A DNA stretch of 64,000 bases from Azolla caroliniana (taxonomy: Eukaryota; Plantae; Polypodiophyta): positions 14,942,001 through 15,006,000 of the forward strand of contig JBHGNT010000013.1 of assembly GCA_043228905.1 (NCBI GenBank). Reading direction: 5' to 3'. The notes under the pieces were generated by a model that saw only the letters and a program-made list of their open reading frames with translations, was not told where the DNA came from and ran no database searches. Each line of letters starts with the position of its first letter. The stretch's first letter is position 1. Below are positions 39,746 through 53,100 of this stretch, one piece after another. Both the position numbers and the translations under genes were made by a program.

Positions 39746-42700
39746 GGCCGGACCGGAAGGGAACGACGGCAATCGCGGCAAGTGATGAAGAGTTGATGCT
39801 CATCACCGAGGAGAGTGAGCTAAACCTTGCCGGCGACGAGACGACCTAGGTGGTCGACTCCGGAACGTCGTTCCACCTTACCCCGGACCGGAAATACTTC
39901 TCATCCTACTCAGTCGGTGATCACGGCTGTGTCCAGATGGGGAATGAAGGTACATGCTGAATAGTCAGCATAGGAGACGTGTGGTTGACAACGCCAACCG
40001 GATGCAAGCTGCTGCTGAAGGATGTCCGACACGTTCCGGAGGTTCGTCTGAACCTGATATCAGCCGGTCGGCTAGATGATGAAGGCTACATGGGTAGCAT
40101 CCAGAACGGTGTTATGAAGTTCAGCAAAGGGAGCCTGATTGTGGCTCGAACCCGAAAGGTCAACACGCTGTACCTGATGAATGCCCGGTTATGTCCGGAG
40201 GAAGTGAACATGGCATCCGACACTGCCGGTGAGCTGTGTCACATGAGCGAGAAGGGGATGTAGAGGCTTGCAAAAGACAACCTCATTCCAGTGAAGAACG
40301 TACACTTGGAGAAGTGCACTGATTGTCTGGCCAGTAAACAAAACCGGACCTCCTTCCGATCGAGGCCACCGATGAGACGTAATGCACCACTGGAGTTGGT
40401 GCATACTAATATATGTCAAGTGGACACGAAGTCACATGCCGGATCGCAGTACTTCGTGACGTTCATAGATGACCACAGCCGGAAGCTGTGGGCCACACTG
40501 TTGAAGACGAAGGATCAGGTGTTATCCGTCTTCAAAGAGCTCCACGTGAGAGTGGAAAGAGAAACCGACCGGAAGCTGAAGGCGGTTCGAGCAGATAACG
40601 GAGGTGAATACCGGGGGTAGTTCGAGGAGTACTGTCGCTCGAAGGGAATCCGGCTCGAATTTACCGCGCCGAAGACGCCGGAACTAAACGGGTTGGCTGA
40701 GAGGATGAACCGGACCATAATGGAGAGGGTCCAGAGTATGCTGGCACATGCAAAACTACCCAAGAAGTTTTGGGCTGAGGCATTGTCGATGACGACATAT
40801 GTGATAAACAGATCACCCTCAGTACCCTTGGACGGAGACACGCCACAGAGAGTCTGGATCGGTAAGGAAGTGTCCTATCGGCATCTGAAGGTATTCGGGT
40901 GTCTTGTGTATGTGCATGTAGCTAAGGACCGGAGAGGAAAACTAGATCTGAAGACCCGACCATGCATATTCCTCGGTTACGACGACGATGAGTTCCGCTA
41001 CCGAGTGTGGGACCTGGTCGACAAGAAGGTATTCCAGAGTCGAGATATTATCTTCATGGAGGACAAGACGCTCGCCGACTGGGAGTCGGAGAAGAAGATA
41101 ATGAACTCGGAGTCGACCGGTAAGGATCGATTCTATGATGAGTAGACCCAACCGACAAGAGACCGGTTAGCACTCGAGGAACCAGCTGGTTACGGTGAGG
41201 ATATTGAACCGGCAGAAGAAGAAGTAGAGGAAGCTGAAACCGAAACCGGCCAAGACCCCGAATCAGATTCGGATGAAGAGCAAATGGAGGAGCCAGTTAT
41301 CGAAGCCTAGAGACGGAGATATCCTCTCAGAGAGAGAAGGGCCCCCCGGAGATTTCCGGATGCAGAGCATGTGCTACTCACCGATGAGGGGGAACCAGAA
41401 AGCGTTGAAGAAGCGAAGGATGACACCCACAACCAAAAATGGTTAAGTGCCATGCAGAATGAGATGGATTCCCTGCATGAGAACCATACGTGCGAATTGG
41501 TGGAGTTGCCGAAAGGAAAGCGGGCACTTCGAAACAAGTGGGTGTATAAGTTGAAACTGGGAGATGCCGGCAACCCTCGAGATACAAAGCCAGGATCGTT
41601 GTGAAGGGGTTCCAGCAGAAGAAGGGCGTGGACTTCGATGAGATATTTGCCCCGGTAGTAAAGATGACCTCCATCCGGACGGTGCTGAGTATAACGGCAA
41701 GCATGGACCTCCAGGTAGAGCAGCTAGACGTAAAGATGACATTCCTTCACGGTGACCTCGAAGAGGAGATCTACATGCAGCAACCGGAAGGATTCGTGGA
41801 GAAAGGGAAGCAGACTCCTCGACAATGGTACCAGAAGTTTGACTCCTTCATGACCGATCAAGGGTACCACAAGACGTAGGCCGATCACTGCGTGTTTTTG
41901 AAGAAGTTTGAAGGAGGCGACTTCCTGATACTCCTTCTGTACGTGGACGACATGTTGATCGTCGGACGGGACCAAGCCAAAATACGGATGCTGAAGAAGG
42001 CTCTCAACCAGACCTTCTCAATGAAAGACTTGGGTCTGGCAAGACAGATTCTGGGGATGCATATCATCCGGAACCGGCCAACGAAGCAATTGTGGCTGTA
42101 AGAGGAGAAGTACGTGACAAAGGTGCTTCAGCGGTTCAACATGTCAGATGCAAAACCGGTCGGATCGACACTTCTGGCAAACTTCAGGTTATCTGGTAAG
42201 CAAAGCCTGAAGACGAAAGCAGAGAAGGCGGATATGATGAAGGTTCCATATGCCTCTGCTGTCGGGAGCTTAATGTACGCAATGGTGTGTACTCGACCAG
42301 ATATTGGATACGCAGTCGGAGTGGTGAGCCGGTTCATGAGCAATCCCGGCAAGGAGCACTAGAACGCGGTCAAATGGATACTCCGATACCTGAAGGGCAC
42401 TTCAAATATGTGTCTTTGATTCGGCTCCGGTAAACCTGAACTTGACGGTTTTACCGATTCGGACATGTCGGCTGATGTAATGACATATGTAGGGGGAGTT
42501 GTTTCGTGGCAGTCAAGGTTGCAGAAGACGGTTGCGTTGTCAACCACGGAGACGGAGTACATGGCGGCTGTGGAAACCGGCAAGGAAATATTATGGATGA
42601 AGGACTTCATCGGAGAGCTCGGTATCCGGCAAGATGAATACCGGCTCTATTGCGACAATCAAAGTGCCATCTACCTTACTAAGAATGCGGCCTACCATTC

Positions 42701-43297
42701 CCGGACGAAGTATATCCAACGTAGGTATCACTGGATCCGGGGAAGAGTAGATGACCAGGAGTTCGCGCTGACGAAGATCCACACGGCCGAGAATGGGTCA
42801 GATATGCTGACCAAAGTACTGACACCTGACATGTTGGATGCATGTCGGAAGCGAGTCGGACTAGTAAGACACCCCATGCCGGAGTGAAGGGGGAGTTTGT
42901 TAGGAAACACGTCCCTCCGAATGAGGAGTACCCGACAACGGAAGACCCGGTGAGAACCGGATGATGAGTGCCCGGCAACGGAAGACCCGGTGAGAACCGG
43001 ATGATGAGTGCCCGACAACAGAAGACCCGGTGAGAACCGGATGAGGAGTACCCGGAAAGCGCCGGATGATGCAGGCCCGGTGAAGAGTGCTCACCGGATG
43101 AAGGGACATATTCGTAAATTTGTTTCTGAGAGTCCATCGGGGATATATTTGTAAATAGCCAAAAAGTCATATTAGTATAAATATGACTTAGGGCAAACTT
43201 TAGAGACGTTGGTTGTCATTCTTGGTTGCGCAAGATTAGAGCGCATAACTGTGTACAGAGAGAGAGAGAAAGAGGTCGTTGGCTCTGTTGTAACCGC
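39746..43297 (+). mobile_element. 5'-truncated decayed Ty1/copia ('copia E', Tnt1/Tork-like)
   Basis: Protease VVDSGTSFH, INT (RADNGGEY, NGLAERMN), RT (YVDDML), RH (STTETEY). PPT gaagggggag, then 3' LTR from 42898, cut at 43297. Confidence 0.9.
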
Positions 43298-43620
43298 TGT
43301 CGTAGTGTAATTCGCACACTACGTGAAAAATTACATTTTTGGTCTCTCCGGATAGGACATGGAGTACCCGGTGAGAACCGGAAGAAAGAACTGGTAAGAA
43401 CCAAAACCGGTAAGGAGACCCGGCAAGAGCCGGATGAAGAAGGCTGGTGAGAGTTGGTGAGAAATGGACGAAGAGATCGGTAAGGAGGTTCCGGTAAGAA
43501 CCGGACAAAGAAAACTAGCAAGCACCAGATGAAGCAGAACCGGAAAGAGCCGGATGAAGAAGGCCGGTGAGAGTCTCTCACCGGATGAAGAGACATATTT
43601 GTAAATAGAAGAAAGTATAT

Positions 43621-43663
<43 letters not shown>

Positions 43664-45420
43664 CATGCATAGGGCAAGATTCGAACCTTGCACCTCCATG
43701 TTAATAATGTTAAGCCTTATCATTATACTAGCGTATTATGAATTTTAAAGTTGTATTAAACTTTATCCCATGTGAAATTTCTAGACATGCATGGTACAAA
43801 AAGTTATTCATGCATAGACACTCAAGTTAAAAGAAAAGATGAGATAGAAAGCTAATCATGCACATGCAGTGTACATGAAAACTAAAGATAGGAAAAGCAT
43901 GATGCTTGCATGTGATAAACTTAGACTCTTCCAACACTATATAAGGAAGAGAGAAAGATGTATAGAGGTTGTTGATTATTTTACAAGGGTTGATTAATAT
44001 AATATAATCGTGGGATCCACAAGTTTGCTAACTATTTTTCTCTCTTAATTTGAGTACTCACTAATACACTATACTCGTGGGATTCACGAGTTTTTCATAT
44101 CTTTCTTTCTTACAATATTTCATATTCTTAATTGCCTTAGAATTTTCTTTCCACCTAGTCCAAAACCCCAGCGGTTCCCACCCGACTCATGCAACGATCC
44201 GGAGCGGTAAGGCATGACACAAGTGGTGAACCCGACGTGAACACCGGTGGCAAGGAGATGGAAAATCAACCGGAGGCTAACAACATGATGATGATGTTCG
44301 AGCAGATGCTTCAGGAACAACGTGCGATGTCGGAGATAGGGGCGGCAGTAGAGCGGCTCGTGCAACGGATCGGGCAATTCAACGGAAAGGACTTATCACG
44401 CTATCTTCGGGACTACAAGGCGGAAATGCTACGGTGCGGGATTTCGGAAGGATTGCAAGTGGCATCCTTCAACCGGGTGGCTACCGACGGGTTTCAAGCA
44501 AGTATCCACGGGCTACGACAACAAAATCCGACGTGTGAAGCGTTTGAAGTGGCGCTAAAGACCACGTTCGCTATCGAGGACTCCTCCAAGGCAACGCGGA
44601 GAGGATTCGAGGATTGGGTAGAAACGCCGGACAAGGGGATGAAGGTCCTCGATGTGTTTTCGGTATTCGAAAGTCAGTTCGGGAGGTTGTCTGCGAGAGA
44701 TCAAGCTATCCTCGCACCGGACAAAGTTATCATGTTCTTACGAGCCGTAGATATTCGGGACCGGAAGGATCTTGGAGTGCTTCTAGAGGATATGACTATC
44801 GAGAGTGGCCTCACCGAAACATGGGAAAGCGTGCGGGATATCGTCGTGCGATACACAAAGAGGGGGCAATGGCTTGCCAACAAAGAAAAGAGGGTTTCAG
44901 AACCGATTCCAAAACCGAGATCCGGATCAGAAGACCATCAACTGCGGGCTCGGGAAGCCACGACTGAGAAGGGAATCGACGCAACTACAGTGGAGTAGTT
45001 GCTGAAGGAGATGGAGAGTCTAAAAATCGCGATGGTGAAGAAGTCCGGATGACCGTCCCACAAGTTCCAAGTATATGGACCGTCGATGCATATGGTGCGA
45101 TAGCACCAAACATGATCGGAGGGATTGCGATGAGCACAAGGAAGCGCTATGACAGAATCTTATCTACTACGAGGGAAATCAGATTCATTCGATGGACTCT
45201 CGGAAGCCGCTCCGACCGAACTTCCGAAAAGGCGGCATGAAGAAGGTCCTAGAGGAGGAAATAGCGGCGAAGAGCAATTACGTGACAACCGCAGGAATAT
45301 GTGTCGGAGAGTCATCGGGAGCAAAGGTGTCTTTTTGGCCGGAAGTGCTAGAAAACACCACGAAAACCGACTCTAACGAGATCTGAAGCACCGCGGAAGG
45401 CATCCGGGAAGCTACGGGAC
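43298..45420 (+). mobile_element. Ty3/gypsy 5' part: LTR-like region plus gag (44189 to ~45420)
   Basis: Begins tgtcgt inside the copia E LTR. gag-like ORF (IGQFNGKDLSRYLRDY...) continues through stops to a CIWCDSTKHDRRDC knuckle at ~45086. Confidence 0.7.
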
Positions 45421-46348
45421 AACAAGTTACAACGTCGGCTTCAAGCCGAACTAAAGTAAGCCAGATCACAAAAACCGTTTACAAGAAAGCCTAGTCAGGG
45501 AGCACTGGGGCTCACTAACACGAGTGGGGTCTTGCGTTGGAAATAGACCTACGAGCCGAAGTACAATAGTTGTATGCCGCCAAGCCGCCAGTCGGGTAGC
45601 ACGTTGCTTGCCGTGCTGAGTGGGGTCTTGCATAGGAGACAGAGCTGCAAACCGAAAGCCTCAGAGCGTGCAGGCTCTGAACGGAGAAAACCCTAAACAG
45701 GAAAATGAAACCCTAAACCCTAGTAGACGAAAACAAACAACATTCTGAGAAGCAAAACCCAAAATCGAGAAACCAAATACTAAACAAAAATGGGAACCCC
45801 TTTACAATGTGGGACATATATTCCTCTCTTTAAGAGGATATATCTTGCCATGATTTCCTGAGTGGCACATTAAACAAGTCCCTCACTTTCACACTCATTC
45901 CTCACTATCTCCCTTTTATTTTTTATATACGTTTTGTATGTACAAGTGCACATGGTGCACTTCGCCAAATTAGCCTGATCCATCTGGTTTACTCACTGTG
46001 GCTGGAAATCTTCATGACATCCACCCCACCAAACTACACATCCACCGGAATGTGCCAAGAAGGGAAAGAAGATGAGAGATTTCCGGTGACTGTGATCAAC
46101 CGGGTCCTCCACCCGACTTGGCACCGATTGTGCCGGTCCCGAACTGTCGACCTTGGTCAGGAGTGTCGAATACAAGTGTATAATGAACGTATTCACACTA
46201 TCCCTTTGTATAGATCAAGTTTGGGCCATTTGTGTAATTAGCATAAATGGTAGTTGCCCTAAGTCGGTCACTATATAAAGTGACCTTGTAACCTTTTTGT
46301 AAGGTTGGTTGTATTATTGTTTCTATTGAATAGAAAGAGTCGTTGTGC

Positions 46349-46389
<41 letters not shown>

Positions 46390-48190
46390 GTGCACGATCT
46401 TGGAAACTGTCATACGCAGGTACTCAAACAGGATTGAATGCTACTTGATCTTCCGCATTGACGACGGCCTTCTCTTCAACATTTGGTATCAGAGCTCTGA
46501 GTTCATCCTCGATTGCCGTCCCCTGAGATGAGATTTGGGAGCTTATGCTTTCGTACTCATTGAGATGTGCTTGAACCGAATCTGATTCTTTCATCCGCAA
46601 GTTGTAGAGGAAATTTATATGGAGCAGCCAAAAGGCTTCATGGCAACTGGCCAAGAACATCTAGTCTGCTGACTCAGGAAGAGTCTATACGGCCTCAAAC
46701 AGGCACCGCGACAATGGTACAAGAAGTTCGACGACTTCATCCAATCGATCGGCTTCTCAAAAAGCGATGAGGACCATTGTCTTTTTACCAACACAGCTCA
46801 AGATGGATCACCCATCTTCCTCATCATTTACGTGGACGACATGCTAATTTCTGGACGCCACGCGGGCGAACTTGCCGATCTCATTCGGCAATTGCGGTTG
46901 AAGTTTGCCATGAAGGACCTCGGTCCGGCACGACACATACTTGGCATGAAGATTAGTCGGCATCGCGATAAACGACATCTTTTTTTGTCTCAGACCGACT
47001 ATATCGGACGTGTCTTGGAACGCTTCAACATGCAATCAGCCAAATCTGCTTCAACCCCGCTCCCCATGAATCTTCGGCTCTCTCAGCGAGACTGCCTGAC
47101 ATCCGGTCCGGAGGGGGAAGATATGAAGTCGGTACCGTATGCACCGGCAGTCGGCTCCCTTATGTACCTGATGGTCGCGACACGGCCTGATATCTCTTAT
47201 GCCGTAGGAGTCGTTGGCAGATTTATGCACAATCCTGGCCGATCGCATTGGAACGCAGTCAAGCATGTGTTCAGATATCTGGCTGGCACAAAAGACCACG
47301 GCATTCTTTTCGGTCCGAACTCAACCTCAGGCGTAGTCGGTTACACCGACTCGGACTTCGCCGGCTGTATAGACAGTCGGAAATCAACAACTGGATACTG
47401 CTTCAAATTCGGCAATGGAGCAATTTCGTGGAAGTCGAAACTTCAGGAGTGCACAGCGACCTCAACGACCGAAGCAGAATATGTAGCTGCGTCCGACGCT
47501 GCAAAAGAAGCTCTGTGGCTCGGCCGGCTGGCGCACACGTTTCGACAAGTCGACCATGACTCGGCCCCAGTTGTCTATAGCGACAGTCAAGGTGCTGTTG
47601 CCTTGTCGAAAAATCCGGTTCACCACAACGCCTCCAAACATATCGACGTTCGATATCACTTCGTTCGGGATTGCGTCATTTCAGGGAAAATCGGTCTAGA
47701 GAAAATATCCACAACCGACAATGTCGCAGATGGAATGACCAACTGTCTTTCGGCAGACCGCTTTCGGTCCCTTCAGCATCAGATGGGCGTAACGACAAAC
47801 CAGTCCGGTTAGAGCCGAACACAGCGCAGGATGGTTTCAGACAACCGACATCAGTTCCTTAATGATCGGCTTCAACTCTTCCGACCCGACCAGTTCGGTC
47901 TTCTGCCTTCGGACCCTGCCGATTCGAACAAAACTGATATGTCCGAGAACCTAGGTTTATACCTGTAATCTTAGATAACCCATGTATACGCCCATTACGG
48001 GGGAGTGTCGAATACAAGTGTATAATGGACGTATTCACACTATCCCTTTGTATAGATCAAGTTTGGGCCATTTGTGTAATTAGCATAAATGGTAGTTGCC
48101 CTAAGTCGGTCACTATATAAAGTGACCTTGTAACCTTTTTGTAAGGTTGGTTGTATTATTGTTTCTATTGAATAGAAAGAGTCGTTGTGC

Positions 48191-48229
<39 letters not shown>

Positions 48230-48946
48230 ACGATCTTGGAAACTGTCATACGCAGGTACTCAAACAGGATCGAATGCTACTTGATCTTCCGCATTGACGA
48301 CGGCCTTCTCTTCAACAAGGAGCTCGTCTTTGTCATTGTCCTCGACTCCCCATTTCGGGCTCGTCCAGCCTCTCCACCCAAACCACCAGCTTCATCCGAT
48401 CCACCATGTTCGTCGGTGCTCGTCGAACCGCCGGCGCCACCCGATCCTCGAGATCTTGTGCTCATCCTTGCGCTTGTCCTCGACCATTCTCCGGTTGGTC
48501 GGAACAACCATCTAGAATGATGTTGCCGACCCGACCCAACTTCCTTTGTTCTCCGCGCATGCCCTTTGTTTGGACCCCCGACCACTTCCACCGCTTGTCG
48601 AAAGCCGTTCTTTATGCACCTCATCTGTGCTCATTTCGACTCGTCCGCTTCCTTGGTTCGGCATCGTCTCGCATCAAATTTCATCCGGCTCCCTTTTGTC
48701 GTTGTTCCCCTCCATGCTCGAAACTCGGCCCTCACATGGCCACACAACATGTCTCTCATCTTGCCCTTCTTTGTGTACCTCTTCTGTAAGCTACACTTCC
48801 TCTATGTCCCCTGTAGCTTCCGGTAGCGCTCCTCCGCTCCGAGGAACACCCTTCTTTTCCGGACGGCCCGCATGTCCTCCGTTGTTCTTCATGACACTCT
48901 GTATGACTCCTTTGGTCCCTTTGTCTACTACGACCTTCGTCCCCTC
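45421..48946 (-). mobile_element. Ty3/gypsy 3' end (LTR ending ~46019 plus 3' internal sequence), split by copia G
   Basis: cttcatgaca|tccacccca junction has the same form as the D1/D2 LTR-PPT junctions. Flanks 46020-46163 and 48323-48946 are joined by the copia G TSD. Confidence 0.6.
46164..48317 (+). mobile_element. Short non-autonomous Ty1/copia derivative ('copia G') with near-identical LTRs
   Basis: LTRs 46164-46481 and 48006-48317; TSD aggag; PBS tggtatcagagc at 46484-46495; RT-end/RH ORF 46832-47812; PPT gggggag. Confidence 0.93.
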
Positions 48947-50148
48947 TGTTGAGAATGCGGTCGTCTAGGTGCGGAACAATCTCAACACTCTTCTGTGAGG
49001 AGATCGTTAATAGATGCAATGAAGAATATTGATGGCAACTAGAAATAGAATCAAGAAGGAAGATGAACAAGAATGCAAGAGAGAGAGAGAGAGACGTTAG
49101 GTACAAGATGAACTATACTTGCAACAACCGAGAGCTAGGTTACAAAGTCAGTTTATATACTGACTGATTTAGGGCAATTGCCCTTCTCACTATTTACATA
49201 AATAACCTAAACCTAGTGTGTACAAAGAGAGACAATGTGAATACGTTCATTAGAGACCCGCATTCAACACTCCCCCGTAATGGGCGTATACATCGAAAAT
49301 CTATAAATCGAAATAAATGTACAATAAAGATTGATACAAGGTTTTTCGAACAAATCGAAAATTTCATTTGAGTCGGTCAACTTTGAAAAACAAAAGGTCG
49401 AACTGGCTGAGATTGGGAAAACTAAGACCGAGCTTCGAGCTATCAAAGTCAATTGTTCGAAAGACATGCTGAGTGTCCGACTTAATCAAATGAATTCTTA
49501 GTTACGGCCATTTGGTGTCGTAGGGATCGGGATCAATCCCCCGAAAGGCATTTGGTCATCCCATCTACGACATTTTCGGCTGTAGATATCTTTTCGAGGC
49601 TGATTTTTCCTGAGATGACGCAGTCCCGAACAAATTGATATCCAACATTGATATGCTTGGAGGCGTAGTGATGAATTGGATTTTTCGACAGAGCTACAAC
49701 ACCCTAACTGTCACTGTAGACAATTGGAGCCAAGTCGGATTCAACTTGTCGAAACGTGCAAGCCAACCGACTGAGCCATAAGGCCTCCTTCGCCGCATCG
49801 GACACAACTACGTATTCGGCCTCGGTCGTTGATGTGGCAGTGCACTCCCGAAGTTTTGATTTCCACGAGATTGCACCATTGCCGAACTTAAAGCAGTATC
49901 CGGTTGTCGATTTTCAACTATCCACACATCCAGCAAAGTCTAAGTCAGTATAGCCGACTACGCCTGAGGTGTATTTCGGGCCGAATAAAATGCGAAGGTC
50001 TTCTGTGCCCATCAGATATCCGAACACATGCTTTACTGCGTTCCAGTGCGATTAGCATGAATCTGCTAACGACTCCTACGACATGAGCAATGTCAGGCCA
50101 TGTAAAACCATCACGTACATCAGGGAGCCGACTGCCGGTGCATACCCC
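48947..50148 (-). mobile_element. Ty1/copia 3' end ('copia H'): 3' LTR plus RH
   Basis: LTR 48947-49269 followed by the PPT complement ctcccccg; RH homologous to copia G on the opposite strand. Confidence 0.85.
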
Positions 50149-53100
50149 TTTTGAATGCGGATCTCTAATGGACATATTCACACTATCTCCTTTTGTACAC
50201 ACTAGGTCTAGGTTATTTATGTAAATAGTGAGAATGGCAGTTGCCCTAAGTTAGTTAGTATATAAACCGACTTTGTAACCTAGTTTTGAGGGTTGAGATA
50301 ATATAGTTCATCTTGTGCCCAACGTCTCTCCCTCTCTCTCTTGCGTTCTAAGTGGCTCATTGTTCTATGTCTCCATTGCCATCAATCTACCTTGATTGTA
50401 TTTGTTTATGATCTTCTTTCAGAAGAGTGTTGATTTGTTTCGCACTAGACGACCGCGTCTCCAACATTTGGTATCAAAGCTTGAGGCTCTTTCGATTTTG
50501 TTGTTGTCGTCTATTTAGTTTCTATCAGCAACTCTTCTTATGTACCCCATGAAGATCTTGGTTGGAAACTCTCTACGAGATCATTTTCGCAAAGAGAAAC
50601 GCCGGCAAAATCTGCGCTCCACTATTCTAAATCACCATTGAAGTGAGCCAATCGGTTGCACTTCACTCCTATGATTGTAGCTGCTCGGAGTGAGATTTTG
50701 CTTCTCAAGCTCTGCCTCAGTCGAACTACATTGGATTAGACAAGAATCGAATAGGTCACTTGACGCTAGTCACTCGCTTGCCGTAATCACTCGTAGTTGT
50801 CTGGGCTCCAAGAACAACCCCCTTCCATGCTTCATTCGACTAGACAACAGCTAGAAAGATTAGCTGAATTTATTCTTCTCATTATCGTAGTCACCTGAAG
50901 CAGAATCGGCCTGGATAATCGGCACATACTCTATGTTCGAAAATCTCGAAAATCGACATTCGAAATCGAATCGACATACTCGGGTTCAACTCGACTAGGT
51001 TAGTCAATCGTAGCACTTCGGATCGAGTCTCCCAAATTTTGAATCAGATTTGGCGTGTGTTCAAACTCGACTAGAACAAATTCAGGCGAGCCAATCTACT
51101 GCACCCAACCATTGTTCGTAGCCAACCCCGAAAAAGCCCCTCCAAAATCGACACACATGGCATCTACATCTAGCTCAACAGAGATTAGTCTAAGGAAGTT
51201 CGACGGATCGAACTTCAACTTGTGGAAGGAGCATATGCAAGACTATTTAATAGTCAAGGTGTTACGGGAGCAAATATTAGAGATCTAGGTACTAAAGTAA
51301 GCTTAAGATAAGGATAAACAAATGATAGATAGAAAGGAGAAAGAGAAAGAAGGATGCCGATCCACCCGACCACCCTCGAGCGAAGGGATCGAGACGGACT
51401 CGAGCCTCGATCGGCGTCCCATACCACCGCCGTGGCGTCAAGTCGTACCTGGTGTTGGCGCGCTCACTACAAGAGTTGACCCACCACAAGAGCAGAGTCT
51501 CGATGTAGTCCAAAGATCCTCAAATGAGGGTAGCTAGGCCTCTTATTTATAGCAATACCCAAGGCCCCCAGGCAAGTTCACACTTGACCTAATGGGTTGT
51601 GTCAATCCCGAGGATTAAAAGTAATCCTCCCCTTCTTTACACTCTCGTTTAACCCTCACACTTATCCATGTGTATAGAATACTACAATAAATTCTCACCA
51701 CGGGATATTAAATGGTCATGCCCGTAACACAAGGGGCAAAACGAAAATGCTCCAAAAGGATACAAGCCGCTTCAATGGGTGAAGCTCGATAGAATTGTTC
51801 GAGCCACTATTCGGATGCACTTATCGGAGTCCGTGTACTTTACAGTGCAATCGTGTTTGATTGCCTTCCAACTATGGAAGATACTTTCGAACACTTACGA
51901 AAAGAAAGTCGTCGCCACGAAGATATATTTGATACGCCACCTCTATAACCTTCGGATGAAAGAATCTGATTTGGTCCAGGCACATCTCAACGAGTACGAA
52001 AGTCTAAGCTCCCAAATTTCTGCTCAAGGGACGACTATCGAGGATGAACTAGGAGCAATGTTGCTTATGAGTAGTCTCCGCCCTTTGTGGGAAACTTTTG
52101 TCACAACCGTGTGCAACACATCGACTACAACCGTTAAATACTCCTCAGTCATGAGTGCAATTATGACTGAAACAGCTCGAAGGAAATAGTTTGCAAATGA
52201 TTCGGCCAATAACGTGTATGTAGTACAAGGTTCGATCGACCGATTGAATAGCCGAGGAGGAAGTTCTTCATAGTAGCCGAACAACCAGCGAAGTCGGAGC
52301 AAATCCCAGGATAATCGAGTCTGCAATTATTGCAAGAAACCCAGACACATCAAAGCTTATTGCCGTGCACTCAAGGCCAAAAATTAAAAGGCTCAGTGAG
52401 CTGATCTAAAGAGTGACTAGCATGAGGAGGTCAATTACATCGGCTCTTCGGCCGAAATATTGTCGAGCAACCCAAACATACTATCCACTGAGAACCTAGT
52501 CGAATCAGAAATTCTCCTTACAATAGAGGAATCGAGCACATAGCTCTTGGATTCGGGCGTTTCATATCACATGACCCCTCATCGATCCCAATTTCGACAA
52601 TACTCAACCCAACATTCCGACTCAGTTCGAGTCGAAAATTTGCAACATTGCGCGATTATCGAAATCAGCACAGTAGAGCTCAAAATTCTGGGTGGCTCTA
52701 CATTGGTACTACATAATGTTCGATATGTACCTGAGCTATCAAGACTGTTGATCTCAGTCGGACAATTAGACGAAGACAGCATCCGTGCCGCCTTGTCATC
52801 AGGAGGGTGGACACTCCACATGGGGAACCTCCTGCTTGCTTGAGGACCGAAAGTGCACTCGTTGTACCCTTTATCTGTCACACTCAAAGAGGGTGACTTG
52901 TTCTTGGTTGACATTCCAATGTCATCACTTTGGCATGGGTGACTCAAACTCCTCAACAAGGCCAGCATCACGCATTTATCGAGAGTCGGATACATCCCTA
53001 AACTCTCCTTCTGTGATCATCAGTTTTGTAGGCATTGCTAGTACGTCAAACAAATAGCCGCATCACATCCGATATCAACACTGAGAGAATCAAATCCCAT

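Noticed and set aside
48277-49106. Pro/Gly-rich ORFs on both strands
   Set aside because: They lie in retroelement 3' internal and LTR sequence; no identifiable product.
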